Shown here piece after piece: positions 50,692-59,780 of a stretch of DNA of 64,000 bases. Positions within the stretch are counted from its first letter, which is position 1, and each line of letters starts with the position of its first letter. The notes beneath the pieces were generated by a model, which was not told the DNA's origin, searched no databases, and was given only the letters and a program-made list of their open reading frames with translations. Origin of the DNA: Candidatus Zixiibacteriota bacterium (GTDB taxonomy: Bacteria; Zixibacteria; MSB-5A5; UBA10806; 4484-95); assembly GCA_037441845.1 (NCBI GenBank), contig JBBIRK010000005.1, positions 160,001-224,000 on the forward strand. Reading direction: 5' to 3'. Both the position numbers and the translations under genes were made by a program.

Positions 50692-51540
50692 ATGGCGAAT
50701 TTTGCGCATTTATCGTCAATCAACCAAAGTTCACCGATCGATAACGATCATGGTTTGGTTCATGGAAATTCCATTGGGCCGCTTCTTAATCTCGCCACGC
50801 GAAATGCGCTGGATAATGCGCTCATTATCGCCGATCTCACTCAATTGAGAGCCGACTGCAGCATCGCCGCCCGCTGTGTCGATGACATTCCGGTGGCGAT
50901 CGCCAGCTATTATATGGATCTGCCTTTCAACAGTCTTGCTCTGCTGGCCGACAACAGCGTAGATGCCGGCTATGTGATAAGGGTACTTGCCAACCGTCAC
51001 CCGAAACTGAAAGAAGAGCCGACATGGGGGTTATACACCGAGAAAATAGTTTCATTTATAGAGGCGACGTTCGGGATCATCAATATCGTGCCCGAATGTC
51101 AGATGGTGCTTCGTTCAGATAATATCCCCGAGCTGGCTTTCGATAAATCGCAGTATCGCCTCGAACAACTCACCGCCGCTGATATGGTTCAGATAGCGCG
51201 GCTTTATAGCTTGGTTCCCGCAATGGCCTGGACCCCCAAGGCGCTTAATTTCGGCCCCTACTACGGTGTTTATTACGGGGAGAATCTGGTCAGCATCGCG
51301 GGAGTGCATTTCTCGACAAGGTGGAGCGCCGAAATAGGAAACGTGGTGACCCACCCGAAACATCGACGTTCCAACCTCGCCTACGCTACCACCAGGGCCG
51401 TGGCCGAGGCTTTACGCAAGACGACAGACACGATTTTTCTTTGCGTGATGGCCGACAACGAGCCGGCGCTCAGGTTGTACCAAAAGATGGGGTTCGTTAC
51501 CTACCAGATGCTGTATTTGACGCAGTTCATGATTTCTTAA
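50692..51540 (+). CDS. GNAT family N-acetyltransferase (FR47-like C-terminal domain)
   Basis: EIGNVVTHPKHRRSNLA, LCVMADNEPALRLYQKMGF. Confidence 0.85.
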   Translation: MANFAHLSSINQSSPIDNDHGLVHGNSIGPLLNLATRNALDNALIIADLTQLRADCSIAARCVDDIPVAIASYYMDLPFNSLALLADNSVDAGYVIRVLANRHPKLKEEPTWGLYTEKIVSFIEATFGIINIVPECQMVLRSDNIPELAFDKSQYRLEQLTAADMVQIARLYSLVPAMAWTPKALNFGPYYGVYYGENLVSIAGVHFSTRWSAEIGNVVTHPKHRRSNLAYATTRAVAEALRKTTDTIFLCVMADNEPALRLYQKMGFVTYQMLYLTQFMIS

Positions 51541-51673
51541 TTAAAAAATAATCGATACGGATTAAAATCGATCTCCATTTTGCCTCGACACCAAACAACG
51601 GAGCATCTGTAATTATATATATATGTGCATCCGAAAAAGCAGCCTGAACGAACCTGCCGATATAATATTTTAC

Positions 51674-51699
51674 TGTCATACCCGCGCAAGCGGGAATCC
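51674..51699. repeat. Short REP/dRS3-like palindromic element
   Basis: TGTCATACCCGCGCAAGCGGGAATCC resembles the widespread GTCATTCCCGCG-NNN-GCGGGAATCC extragenic palindrome family. Confidence 0.6.
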
Positions 51700-52027
51700 G
51701 TAAAGGCGAACGCACCCAAAGTTTTGGATTAAATTAGTGAATTAATGATCGAAATGCTCGAATTCTCAATCTCCTTAATTACTGCTTTTTGCGTATCGGG
51801 CGATGTCGATAAGAAATCATTGAGCAAAGAAATATTGTTATCAAAATAAAGTTTCAGAATATCCGCACTTATATTCCAGAAATAATTTGGGTGATACAGC
51901 AAAATCGTAAAAGTTTTAAGCCCGCTGCAATCGGCTCAAACATTTATAATGAGTATTATTATATACCTCCGCCTAAACCGCCCAATAAAGGCATGTCTTG
52001 TTCACCATCTTAAATTTCCACCTCCCC

Positions 52028-53275
52028 TCACATCCCGTACTTTTCAATTATCTCCTTCTTGCCTAATCCGAGAATACCGTATTTTTTGCCGACCTTGATG
52101 AAAGCCTCGATCGCTTTGTCGAGGTGGTGTTTCTCGTGCGCCGCCGACAGCTGGGTGCGGATACGCGCCTGCCCTTTGGGCACTACCGGGAAGAAAAATC
52201 CGACCGCATAGATCCCCTCGGTGAAAAGGTCTCTGGCGATATCCTGCGCCAGTTTGGCGTTGTAAAGCATAACCGGCACGATCGGGCTTTCACCTTCCTT
52301 GACGTCGAACCCTGCATCCTTGAGCAGCTTACGCCAGTAGATCGTGTTTTGCTCCAGCTTGTCGCGCCGTTCGGTGGTTTTGGATATCAGATCCAGCACT
52401 TTTATCGCGCCTGCCACGATGACGGGCGCGACCGTGTTGGAAAACAGATACGGCCTGGCTTTCTGGCGGCAGAGCTCGACCAATTCAGCGCGTCCGGAGA
52501 CGCAGCCGCCGGAGGCGCCGCCCAGCGCCTTGCCCAGGGTGGTGGTGATAATATCGATTTTGCCGACCACGCCGCAATGCTCATGGGTGCCGCGGCCGGT
52601 TTTGCCGATAAAGCCGCTGGCATGTGAATCATCGACGAACACCATTGCATCGTATTTCTCGGCCAGCTCGACTATCTTGTCGAGTTTCGCCAGATCGCCG
52701 TCCATCGAAAAAACACCATCGGTTATCACCATGCGACGACGTTTGTCTTGGTGTTCCTGCAGTTTTTCCTCGAGATGTCCCATATCCGAGTGTTTATATG
52801 TATCCTGCATCGCCTTACACAGCCGCATGCCATCGACGATGGAAGCATGAACCAACCGATCAGCGATCATGACGTCTTGATCGCTCAGCACCGCCTCGAA
52901 AACCCCCGCGTTGGCATCCATGCACGATGGGAAAAGCAGAGTATCCTCGGTGCCCAGAAATTCGGTGAGCTTTTTTTCGAGCCGGCGGTGAATATCTTGG
53001 GTGCCGCAAATGAATCGCACCGATGACATTCCGTAGCCGCGATAATCGAGCCCCTCGTGCGCCGCCTTGATGACGTCGGGGTGGCTTGACAGGCCCAGAT
53101 AATTATTGGCGCACATGTTTATGACTTTTTTGGTGGATGATCCGACCGGAAATTCCACCTCGATCTCGGCGCCTTGCGGGGCGTGTATGTACCTTTCTTC
53201 TTTGAACAGCCCGGCTGCTTTCAACCCGTTCAACTCGGCTTTATAGGTTTCGCGCGCTTTCTCGCTGTAGGCCAC
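52028..53275 (-). CDS. kbl: Glycine C-acetyltransferase (2-amino-3-ketobutyrate CoA ligase)
   Basis: CANNYLGLS, SSVRFICGTQDIH, HASIVDG, DGVFSMDG, DDSH, TTLGKALGGASGG (PLP Lys), RPYLFSN, ARIRTQLSA. Confidence 0.92.
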   Translation of the reverse strand: MAYSEKARETYKAELNGLKAAGLFKEERYIHAPQGAEIEVEFPVGSSTKKVINMCANNYLGLSSHPDVIKAAHEGLDYRGYGMSSVRFICGTQDIHRRLEKKLTEFLGTEDTLLFPSCMDANAGVFEAVLSDQDVMIADRLVHASIVDGMRLCKAMQDTYKHSDMGHLEEKLQEHQDKRRRMVITDGVFSMDGDLAKLDKIVELAEKYDAMVFVDDSHASGFIGKTGRGTHEHCGVVGKIDIITTTLGKALGGASGGCVSGRAELVELCRQKARPYLFSNTVAPVIVAGAIKVLDLISKTTERRDKLEQNTIYWRKLLKDAGFDVKEGESPIVPVMLYNAKLAQDIARDLFTEGIYAVGFFFPVVPKGQARIRTQLSAAHEKHHLDKAIEAFIKVGKKYGILGLGKKEIIEKYGM

Positions 53276-53332
53276 AATACCTCCTTTACTCCAAATTCAT
53301 CGCATCGGACAACTTTCGAAATGCAGTCGGTC

Positions 53333-53584
53333 CTATTTTTTCAAGAACTTGTTCACCAGGGCCACGATGCTGTTCACCGTGTCGAAAGCCTCCGGCGAGG
53401 CATCCGCATCAGGAATCTGGATATTGTATTTTTTTTCGAGGAATCGCTTTAACGATACCATCGAAAACGAATCGACGATGCCGCCCGAAATCAACGGCGT
53501 ATTTTCGTTAAGCTCACGGTCGTCATCTTCCTCGAGATACTCGCGTTTAACGTAATCGAGTACGATTTTGGTCATCTCGTCCAT
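53333..53584 (-). CDS. Stand-alone acyl carrier protein
   Basis: Acidic 83-aa protein with a GGIVDSFSMV phosphopantetheine-attachment Ser and FDTVNSI. Confidence 0.9.
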   Translation of the reverse strand: MDEMTKIVLDYVKREYLEEDDDRELNENTPLISGGIVDSFSMVSLKRFLEKKYNIQIPDADASPEAFDTVNSIVALVNKFLKK

Positions 53585-53625
53585 AAAAATTCCCTCAATT
53601 GTTTATTTTGATGGTAGCATTCATT

Positions 53626-55326
53626 TCAATCATTTTCGAGCGTCGATATATCGCCGATCGGTTCGTTCCACTCCTTGGCGCGCAATAGACGGCGCATGAT
53701 CTTGCCGCTTCGGGTTTTCGGCAACGATTTGACGAATTCTATTTCCTGCGGCATCGCCAGAGGAGATAGTTTTTTACGGATGAAGTTCATGATTTCCAAA
53801 TCAAGTTCGGCACTCGGCTCGAAACCGGGTTTGAGAGCGACGAACGCTTTTACCACCTCCATATTGACCGGATCCGGTTTGCCTACCGCCGCAGATTCGG
53901 CCACCGCCGGATGCTCAAGCAACGCTGACTCGATTTCGAACGGCCCTACCAAGTGACCGCCCGTATTGATAACGTCATCGTCACGGCCGACGAACCAGAA
54001 ATAACCATCGGCATCGATGCTGGCGCGGTCGCCGCAAATATACCAGCCGTTTTTGAATTTGCTGTTATAAACCTCCTCGTTTTTCCAATAGGTGCGGAAC
54101 ATCGACGGCCAGCCGGGCTTGATCGCTATCAAGCCGACTTTTCCTCTTTCGGCATAAGGTTGGAATGTGGTCGGATCGACGACATCCGCGGTTATTCCAG
54201 GGAATGGCTTTCCCATGGACCCCGGCTTTATCGGCATGCCCGGGTAGTTGGTGATTACAATCGATCCGGTTTCGGTCTGCCAGAATGTATCGTGGAAAGC
54301 CAAACCGAACGCTTCTTTGGACCAGATCACCGCCTCGGCGTTAAGCGGCTCGCCGACACTGCAGAGATGACGCAAAGAACTTAAATCGTATTTCTTGACC
54401 ACCTCTATCCCATCACGCATCAGCAATCGGATCGCGGTGGGGGCCGAATACCATACCGTTATCTTGTGCTTTTGTATGAACGCATACCAGCGCTCGGTGC
54501 TGAATCCGGAATCGAGCACCGCCTGAGTTACGCCGTTGGACCAGGGGCCGATGATTCCATACGAAGTGCCGGTAACCCAACCGGGATCTGCGGTACACCA
54601 ATAAATATCGTCGGGCTGAAGATCGAGCACCCAGCGGGCGGTCAGATACTGTGAAATCAAAGAATAATGAACGTGTTGGGCGCCTTTGGGCAATCCGGTC
54701 GTCCCCGAAGTATAATGTAAGACGGAAGGCGTTTCCGGGGTTGACGGGAAGCAGTCGAACGATTCGACTTTTGCGGCCTTATCCATAGCGAACGCAATTT
54801 CCCGCTCGCGCAAAGGCGAATCGGCGGCATCGACGACTATGATATGCTTCAACTCAGGCAGCTGCGCCAGGATTTTTCGCACTTTCGGCAGATGTTTTTT
54901 TTGAGTCAATATGGCGGAAGTCCCCGCGTTGTCGAGTCGGGTAAAAAGCGACTCTTCGCCGAACGCCGAAAACAAAGGTTGGCAGATACCACCCATCTTC
55001 AGAATTCCGAGAAACGAGATGTAAAGCTCGGGAATCTTATCCATAAAAATGCAAATTCGCTGACCGGGTTTCAGGCCCAGATCCTTAAGAAAGGAGGCGA
55101 ACGTGTTCGACAACACACGGATATCGTTGTAGGTGAATCGCTTCATATTGCCCTGGTAATCTTCCCAGATCATCGCCAATTTCGACCCCTTGCCGAGATG
55201 ACAAATCCGGTCGCTGCAATACCAACCGATATTAATAGGGTCACCTTTCTTGTAGCCGAGTTCTTTTTCCGCTATCGACCAATCGAAACCGGCCAATCTG
55301 TGTTCATACGAACCTATATTGCTCAT
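53626..55326 (-). CDS. acsA: AMP-forming short-chain acyl (acetate) ligase, AcsA-like
   Basis: YTSGTTGLPKG, WCTADPGWVTG, SVGEPLN, FWQTETG, GRDDDVI, LPKTRSGKIMRR. Confidence 0.85.
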   Translation of the reverse strand: MSNIGSYEHRLAGFDWSIAEKELGYKKGDPINIGWYCSDRICHLGKGSKLAMIWEDYQGNMKRFTYNDIRVLSNTFASFLKDLGLKPGQRICIFMDKIPELYISFLGILKMGGICQPLFSAFGEESLFTRLDNAGTSAILTQKKHLPKVRKILAQLPELKHIIVVDAADSPLREREIAFAMDKAAKVESFDCFPSTPETPSVLHYTSGTTGLPKGAQHVHYSLISQYLTARWVLDLQPDDIYWCTADPGWVTGTSYGIIGPWSNGVTQAVLDSGFSTERWYAFIQKHKITVWYSAPTAIRLLMRDGIEVVKKYDLSSLRHLCSVGEPLNAEAVIWSKEAFGLAFHDTFWQTETGSIVITNYPGMPIKPGSMGKPFPGITADVVDPTTFQPYAERGKVGLIAIKPGWPSMFRTYWKNEEVYNSKFKNGWYICGDRASIDADGYFWFVGRDDDVINTGGHLVGPFEIESALLEHPAVAESAAVGKPDPVNMEVVKAFVALKPGFEPSAELDLEIMNFIRKKLSPLAMPQEIEFVKSLPKTRSGKIMRRLLRAKEWNEPIGDISTLEND

Positions 55327-55369
55327 CCTCGTTCCTCTTCACTTCACCTTATTGTTGAATAAAATCCCA

Positions 55370-55747
55370 CTAACTTTCAAGAATGACGGTGGCGCCTGCC
55401 CAGGCGCCGGCATGAGTAAGAGATATATGAATTCGCCGCACCGACATCCGCTCGGCGATTTGCCGGGTATGTCCGACAAGATTGATGGAAGGACGCCCGT
55501 TTGCATCGTTGATGATCTCTATATCTTTCCAGCTGCAATCGCCTATTTTGCCGGACCCGAGCGCTTTGAATAACGCCTCTTTGGCGGCGAACCTGGCCGA
55601 CAAGTGCCGTTCGGGATAGCGCTTGCTTTCACAATAAGCGATTTCACTTTCGGTGAAAATCTCCCTTTTCAACCCTTCGCCGTCTCGTTTCAGTTCTCTT
55701 TTTAGCACGGCGATCTCGACAATATCGTTTCCCAGTCCGACTATCAT
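55370..55747 (-). CDS. acpS: Holo-ACP synthase (4'-phosphopantetheinyl transferase, AcpS type)
   Basis: MIVGLGNDIVE, FT..EI.YC, RFAAKEALFKALG, GRP, ISLTH. Confidence 0.92.
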   Translation of the reverse strand: MIVGLGNDIVEIAVLKRELKRDGEGLKREIFTESEIAYCESKRYPERHLSARFAAKEALFKALGSGKIGDCSWKDIEIINDANGRPSINLVGHTRQIAERMSVRRIHISLTHAGAWAGATVILES

Positions 55748-55826
55748 GGCTGCAACGTCAGCATTTGCACATATCACTGTCAGATAATTCAGCAGAATTA
55801 AAGCGTCCGTCGCCAGACATCGTCCA

Positions 55827-56948
55827 TCATCCGGCACCGGCAAATCGCCGCTGAGCCGCATCGAGCTCGTTCTTATCGAAAAACATGACGGATTTGGCCA
55901 CACGACGCGGCAGCGCCATCAGGCGATCGAAAGCACCGGCGAAATCATCGGCCATGATCAATTCCGAAATGACCGGCCTGATATCGAGCCTTCGGGAAGA
56001 AAGCAGATTGCCGACCCGATACCAGGTATCGAACATTTTGCGCCCGTTAATTCCATGGATTTGCGCGCCTTTGAACACCAGGCTGTTATTATAATTTATA
56101 TTGTAATAAGAATCCGTCAGGATGCCGAACGCGGAAAAACGCCCTCCCTTTCTCAGCATGGAAAAGCCCTCATCCAACCCTGCCGGCGAACCAGCCATAT
56201 CAAGCACTATATCCGCCCCGTAACCTCGGGTCAGGTCTTTGACTTGCTCGAGGCGCTCTTGGCGTCGATCATCGTTGGCGAAAATAATATGATCCGCCCC
56301 CATTCGAACCGCAATGTCGAGATTGAATTCGCTTTGTCCGACCACGATTATATTTGAGACTCCGCAAGCCCGGGCCACGCCTATGGCAAAAAGCGCGATA
56401 GGTCCATCGCCGATCACTACCATAGACTTGCCGGCAACATCGTTGTCCTCACCTAAAACCGCATAGGTGGCGTTGCCGAGCGGCTCCTGGACGCTTGCGA
56501 TTTCGGGTGGAATCGAGCGATCGTTGATCCAGCAAACTACTGCGGGAACCGCCACATACTGGGCGAAAGTGCCATCGATATCCACTCCCAGTATCGACAT
56601 ACGTTCACCGATATGCATCTGGCCCAAAAGCGATTGCAAATCACGGGGATCGGGTATATGGGTTTCGACCGAGACATAATCGCCCGGCCGGAGTCCTTTG
56701 ACGGATCGGCCCACTTCGACGATTTCACCGGCCACTTCATGCCCCATTATTTGAGGCAAAGAGGCTGCGCCGATTCGTCCGGCGGCCCAACTATCCCACC
56801 TATATATATGGACGTCGGTGCCGCATATCGAAGTCGCCCTGACTTTAATCAAGACTTGATCTTCGGCGATTGCCGGCACATCGTGTTCTTTTAGTTCCGC
56901 CCCGAATTCGGGTTTTGTCTTTACGATCGCTTTCATCATTTCGGCCAT
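55827..56948 (-). CDS. tdh: Zn-dependent MDR dehydrogenase, L-threonine 3-dehydrogenase-like
   Basis: SICGTDVHIY.WD.WA, GHE, ETH, QEPLGNA, GDGPIA, VFKG..IHGINGRKMFDTWY. Same operon as kbl. Confidence 0.82.
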   Translation of the reverse strand: MAEMMKAIVKTKPEFGAELKEHDVPAIAEDQVLIKVRATSICGTDVHIYRWDSWAAGRIGAASLPQIMGHEVAGEIVEVGRSVKGLRPGDYVSVETHIPDPRDLQSLLGQMHIGERMSILGVDIDGTFAQYVAVPAVVCWINDRSIPPEIASVQEPLGNATYAVLGEDNDVAGKSMVVIGDGPIALFAIGVARACGVSNIIVVGQSEFNLDIAVRMGADHIIFANDDRRQERLEQVKDLTRGYGADIVLDMAGSPAGLDEGFSMLRKGGRFSAFGILTDSYYNINYNNSLVFKGAQIHGINGRKMFDTWYRVGNLLSSRRLDIRPVISELIMADDFAGAFDRLMALPRRVAKSVMFFDKNELDAAQRRFAGAG

Positions 56949-57126
56949 TGTCGGCTCCAATCCACCTGCCGTTCGACTCGCCCTGCCAATTAAAAAACTG
57001 CGGGCGGCAGTAACAAAACACGCACGGCAGAATTAATAGGCGGAAAATTCGGAAAGCAAGAAAAGAATATTATGGAACCGCGACTTAAAGGCCGAGAATA
57101 ATTTGCAGTAACCGGCAATAAAACAA

Positions 57127-57156
57127 GATATCGGCCATACATAGACGGCCGATATC
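57127..57156 (-). terminator. Probable terminator after the prenyltransferase
   Basis: GATATCGGCC-N10-GGCCGATATC perfect 10-bp stem followed by TTGTTTT on the minus strand. Confidence 0.65.
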
Positions 57157-57189
57157 CTTAAATTCGTGGAAATTCGTCGAGATCGCCGC

Positions 57190-58089
57190 TTATTGCATGA
57201 CGCGGGCGATAATGAAACCGATTCCCATCAAGAACTGGGTGAGCAGCACCGTCAGAACGTTGGCTCCCTGGGCCGGGATCAACTCGGACAGCGAATTGAA
57301 AGTCAAGGATCCCTTAATCGCTCTTAAACCGAACGGCAGAGTTAGCAAACCCAGAAGAGTCCATGCCGGCATCAAGCGCAATGTGACGCCCGCCAGAATC
57401 CAAAAATAGGTCATCAAAGTAAGCGTGGAATAAACTATGGCTGCGCCGCGGTAGCCGAGGATTATCGGCAGGGTGCGCCTTTTGCCCGTGCGATCAGCCT
57501 CGGCATCGGGGAATTCGTTCAACAGAAGCAGATTTGCAACCAGAAACCCGGAAGGCACCGAGGCATATAGTGCCGACCAGGAAAATCCGTTGTTCATGAT
57601 AATGAATATGCCTAAAACCGGCAGGGTGCCCAAACCAAGGCCTGCGGCGATCTCGGCCGCGCCCAGCCCGATACGGGTTATATGACTTGTGTACCAGAGA
57701 ACGAAAATCGCTCCCACGATAAAGATCGGCAAGAGCGCCATGCCGCGGGCGATCACGAAATAGATGCCGATCGGCACCGCCAGGAAAAAAGAACCGAGTC
57801 CCAAGGCCAGCACGGCTTTGGCGTTCAACGCCCCCGACGGCAGCATCCCCGAACCGCCCGAAAATGGAGTGCGATTAACTTTAAGATCAATCCCCGTTTT
57901 GAAATCGCTGTAGTCGTTCAATGTATTCACGCTGACATGTAAAAGAGTCAAGCCGATGGTGGCCAGAATGAAATGAACGGCGTTGAAACTCCCCTCATAA
58001 AGGGCGATCGACATGCCCAGCAGCGCCAAGATCGGCGAAAGAATCAAAAACTGCGGTCTGGTTTCCAGAAACAGGGTTTTGACGCTCAT
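57190..58089 (-). CDS. UbiA/MenA-family prenyltransferase (DHNA polyprenyltransferase-like)
   Basis: ETRPQF, NTLNDYSDFKTGID..RTPFSGGSG, NEFPDAEAD..GKRRTL, multi-TM. Confidence 0.82.
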   Translation of the reverse strand: MSVKTLFLETRPQFLILSPILALLGMSIALYEGSFNAVHFILATIGLTLLHVSVNTLNDYSDFKTGIDLKVNRTPFSGGSGMLPSGALNAKAVLALGLGSFFLAVPIGIYFVIARGMALLPIFIVGAIFVLWYTSHITRIGLGAAEIAAGLGLGTLPVLGIFIIMNNGFSWSALYASVPSGFLVANLLLLNEFPDAEADRTGKRRTLPIILGYRGAAIVYSTLTLMTYFWILAGVTLRLMPAWTLLGLLTLPFGLRAIKGSLTFNSLSELIPAQGANVLTVLLTQFLMGIGFIIARVMQ

Positions 58090-58329
58090 CGCAATTACTC
58101 CTTTCACGACTCCGATGAGTTCGAGATTTGTTTCGGCGGATGCTAAATAAACAATTTTCTTTTTTAAGTCAAATTCATTTTAATCGGTTCCCGTCGGGAT
58201 TTCGAAAAATCTCTTGGATAAGCGAAATCAGCACTAAATCGTGATCGGAATTAAATTTCCGTTCGATTCGGGAAACATAGACACGAATTATTCACATTAG
58301 TCATGACGATAAAAAATTTGCGATAAGGC

Positions 58330-58357
58330 TTGACAAAAATAATTCTGTTGTATTAAT
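58330..58357 (+). promoter_or_regulatory. Sigma70-like promoter of the nuo operon
   Basis: TTGACA followed by an AT-rich TGTATTAAT -10 region. Confidence 0.5.
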
Positions 58358-58381
58358 AGCTCTTCAATATGTTTTTTGTTT

Positions 58382-58399
58382 TAGTGAAAATCATCACAA
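58382..58399. promoter_or_regulatory. Rex-box-like operator upstream of nuoA
   Basis: TAGTGAA-AATC-ATCACAA versus the consensus TTGTGAA-N4-TTCACAA (2 mismatches), downstream of the promoter. Confidence 0.5.
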
Positions 58400-58417
58400 G
58401 CTGGCGTATCGACTGAT

Positions 58418-58774
58418 ATGGGTTTCGGATACGGTATTCTCGCTGTCTTTCTGGTGCTTGGAATCGTTTTCGTGCTGGTCACCATATTCATTGCAGGCCT
58501 GATCAGACCGCAACGACCAAATAAAAAGAAACTCGAAAATTATGAATGCGGAGAGGCCCCGATCGGCGGAGCCTGGATTCAGTATAACGCCGGATTTTAT
58601 ATTTTCGCCCTGATATTCGTCATTTTTGACGTGGAGGTGGTGTTCTTATTCCCCTGGGCCGTCGCATTCAAACAACTCGGGCTTTTCGCATTTATCGAGA
58701 TGTTGATATTTTTGGCCATACTTATCTCCGGTCTCGTTTATGCCTGGAAAAAAGGAGCATTGACTTGGGAATAA
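58418..58774 (+). CDS. nuoA: NADH-quinone oxidoreductase subunit A
   Basis: [32 protein letters not shown]. Confidence 0.95.
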   Translation: MGFGYGILAVFLVLGIVFVLVTIFIAGLIRPQRPNKKKLENYECGEAPIGGAWIQYNAGFYIFALIFVIFDVEVVFLFPWAVAFKQLGLFAFIEMLIFLAILISGLVYAWKKGALTWE

Positions 58775-59295
58775 TAGAAAAAGCCCCTCTGTACGTGGAG
58801 AAAATTCCCGGCGGAGGAATCGTGATCACATCCGCCGAGGGATTGCTGAATTGGTCGAGGGCGTCATCGCTATGGTATCTGCTTTTCGGCCTCGCCTGTT
58901 GTGCGATCGAGATGATGGCCACGGGCGCATCGCGTTACGATTTCGACCGGCTGGGCATGTTTTTCAGAGCCTCACCGAGACAGGCCGACCTGATGATGGT
59001 CTGCGGCACCGTGACCCATAAGATGGCCAAAAGGATCAAAATTCTCTACGATCAGATGGCTGAACCGAAGTATGTTCTGGCCATGGGCGGCTGCGCCTGC
59101 GACGGCGGCCCTTTCTACTACGATTGTTACTCGGTGCTCAAGGGCGTTGACAAAATCATCCCGGTCGATGTCTACATACCTGGCTGTCCGCCGCGGCCGG
59201 AATCGTTATTGCAGGGCGCTCTCAAGGTCAGAGAAAAAATCTACCGGGAGAAGATCAAAGATTTCGCCGGCGATATTCCACCGAAGCAGGCATGA
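58765..59295 (+). CDS. nuoB: NADH-quinone oxidoreductase subunit B
   Basis: [33 protein letters not shown]. Confidence 0.95.
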   Translation: MGIIEKAPLYVEKIPGGGIVITSAEGLLNWSRASSLWYLLFGLACCAIEMMATGASRYDFDRLGMFFRASPRQADLMMVCGTVTHKMAKRIKILYDQMAEPKYVLAMGGCACDGGPFYYDCYSVLKGVDKIIPVDVYIPGCPPRPESLLQGALKVREKIYREKIKDFAGDIPPKQA

Positions 59296-59780
59296 ACAAA
59301 GATCAAATCGAAAATAAACTCGCCACCAGGTTCGGATCTGCTGTCGAAATTCTGAAAACGAAATTCCCCGAACCGTGCATGTATATCGTAATCGATAAAT
59401 ATATCGAAGTCTGTAAATTTCTCCGCGACGATCCTGAGCTGGCGTTCGAATTTTTATTTTCGCTGGCGGGCGTCCATTATCCCGACAGATTCGAGGTGGT
59501 CATCCATTTGTCATCCTCGAAACATGTTCATCAACTGGTGGCAAAAGTAAAATTACCGCTGGAAAATCCGAAAATTCCCACTCTATCCGGTGTTTGGGAA
59601 GCTGCCAACTGGTATGAACGGGAGGCTGCCGAGCTTTTTGGAATCGTTTTCAACGGTCATCCGGATCCGCGGCCGTTGTTGCTCTATGACGATTGGAACT
59701 ACGGATACCCGATGCGAAAGGGTTGGACAGGTCCGGATTTCATTCCCATGCCCGACAAGTCGAAAGGCGCCGATGAGTGA
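59292..59780 (+). CDS. nuoC: NADH-quinone oxidoreductase subunit C
   Basis: [27 protein letters not shown]. Confidence 0.93.
   Translation: MNKDQIENKLATRFGSAVEILKTKFPEPCMYIVIDKYIEVCKFLRDDPELAFEFLFSLAGVHYPDRFEVVIHLSSSKHVHQLVAKVKLPLENPKIPTLSGVWEAANWYEREAAELFGIVFNGHPDPRPLLLYDDWNYGYPMRKGWTGPDFIPMPDKSKGADE

Noticed and set aside
52028..55326. Sphingolipid synthesis module (SPT + ACP + acyl-ACP synthetase)
   Set aside because: The PLP enzyme has Kbl-type motifs (SVRFICGTQDIH, RPYLFSN), the ligase has the small acetate-type pocket (ADPGWVTG, WQTETG), and tdh is in the operon. Long-chain acyl use is unlikely, though not excluded.
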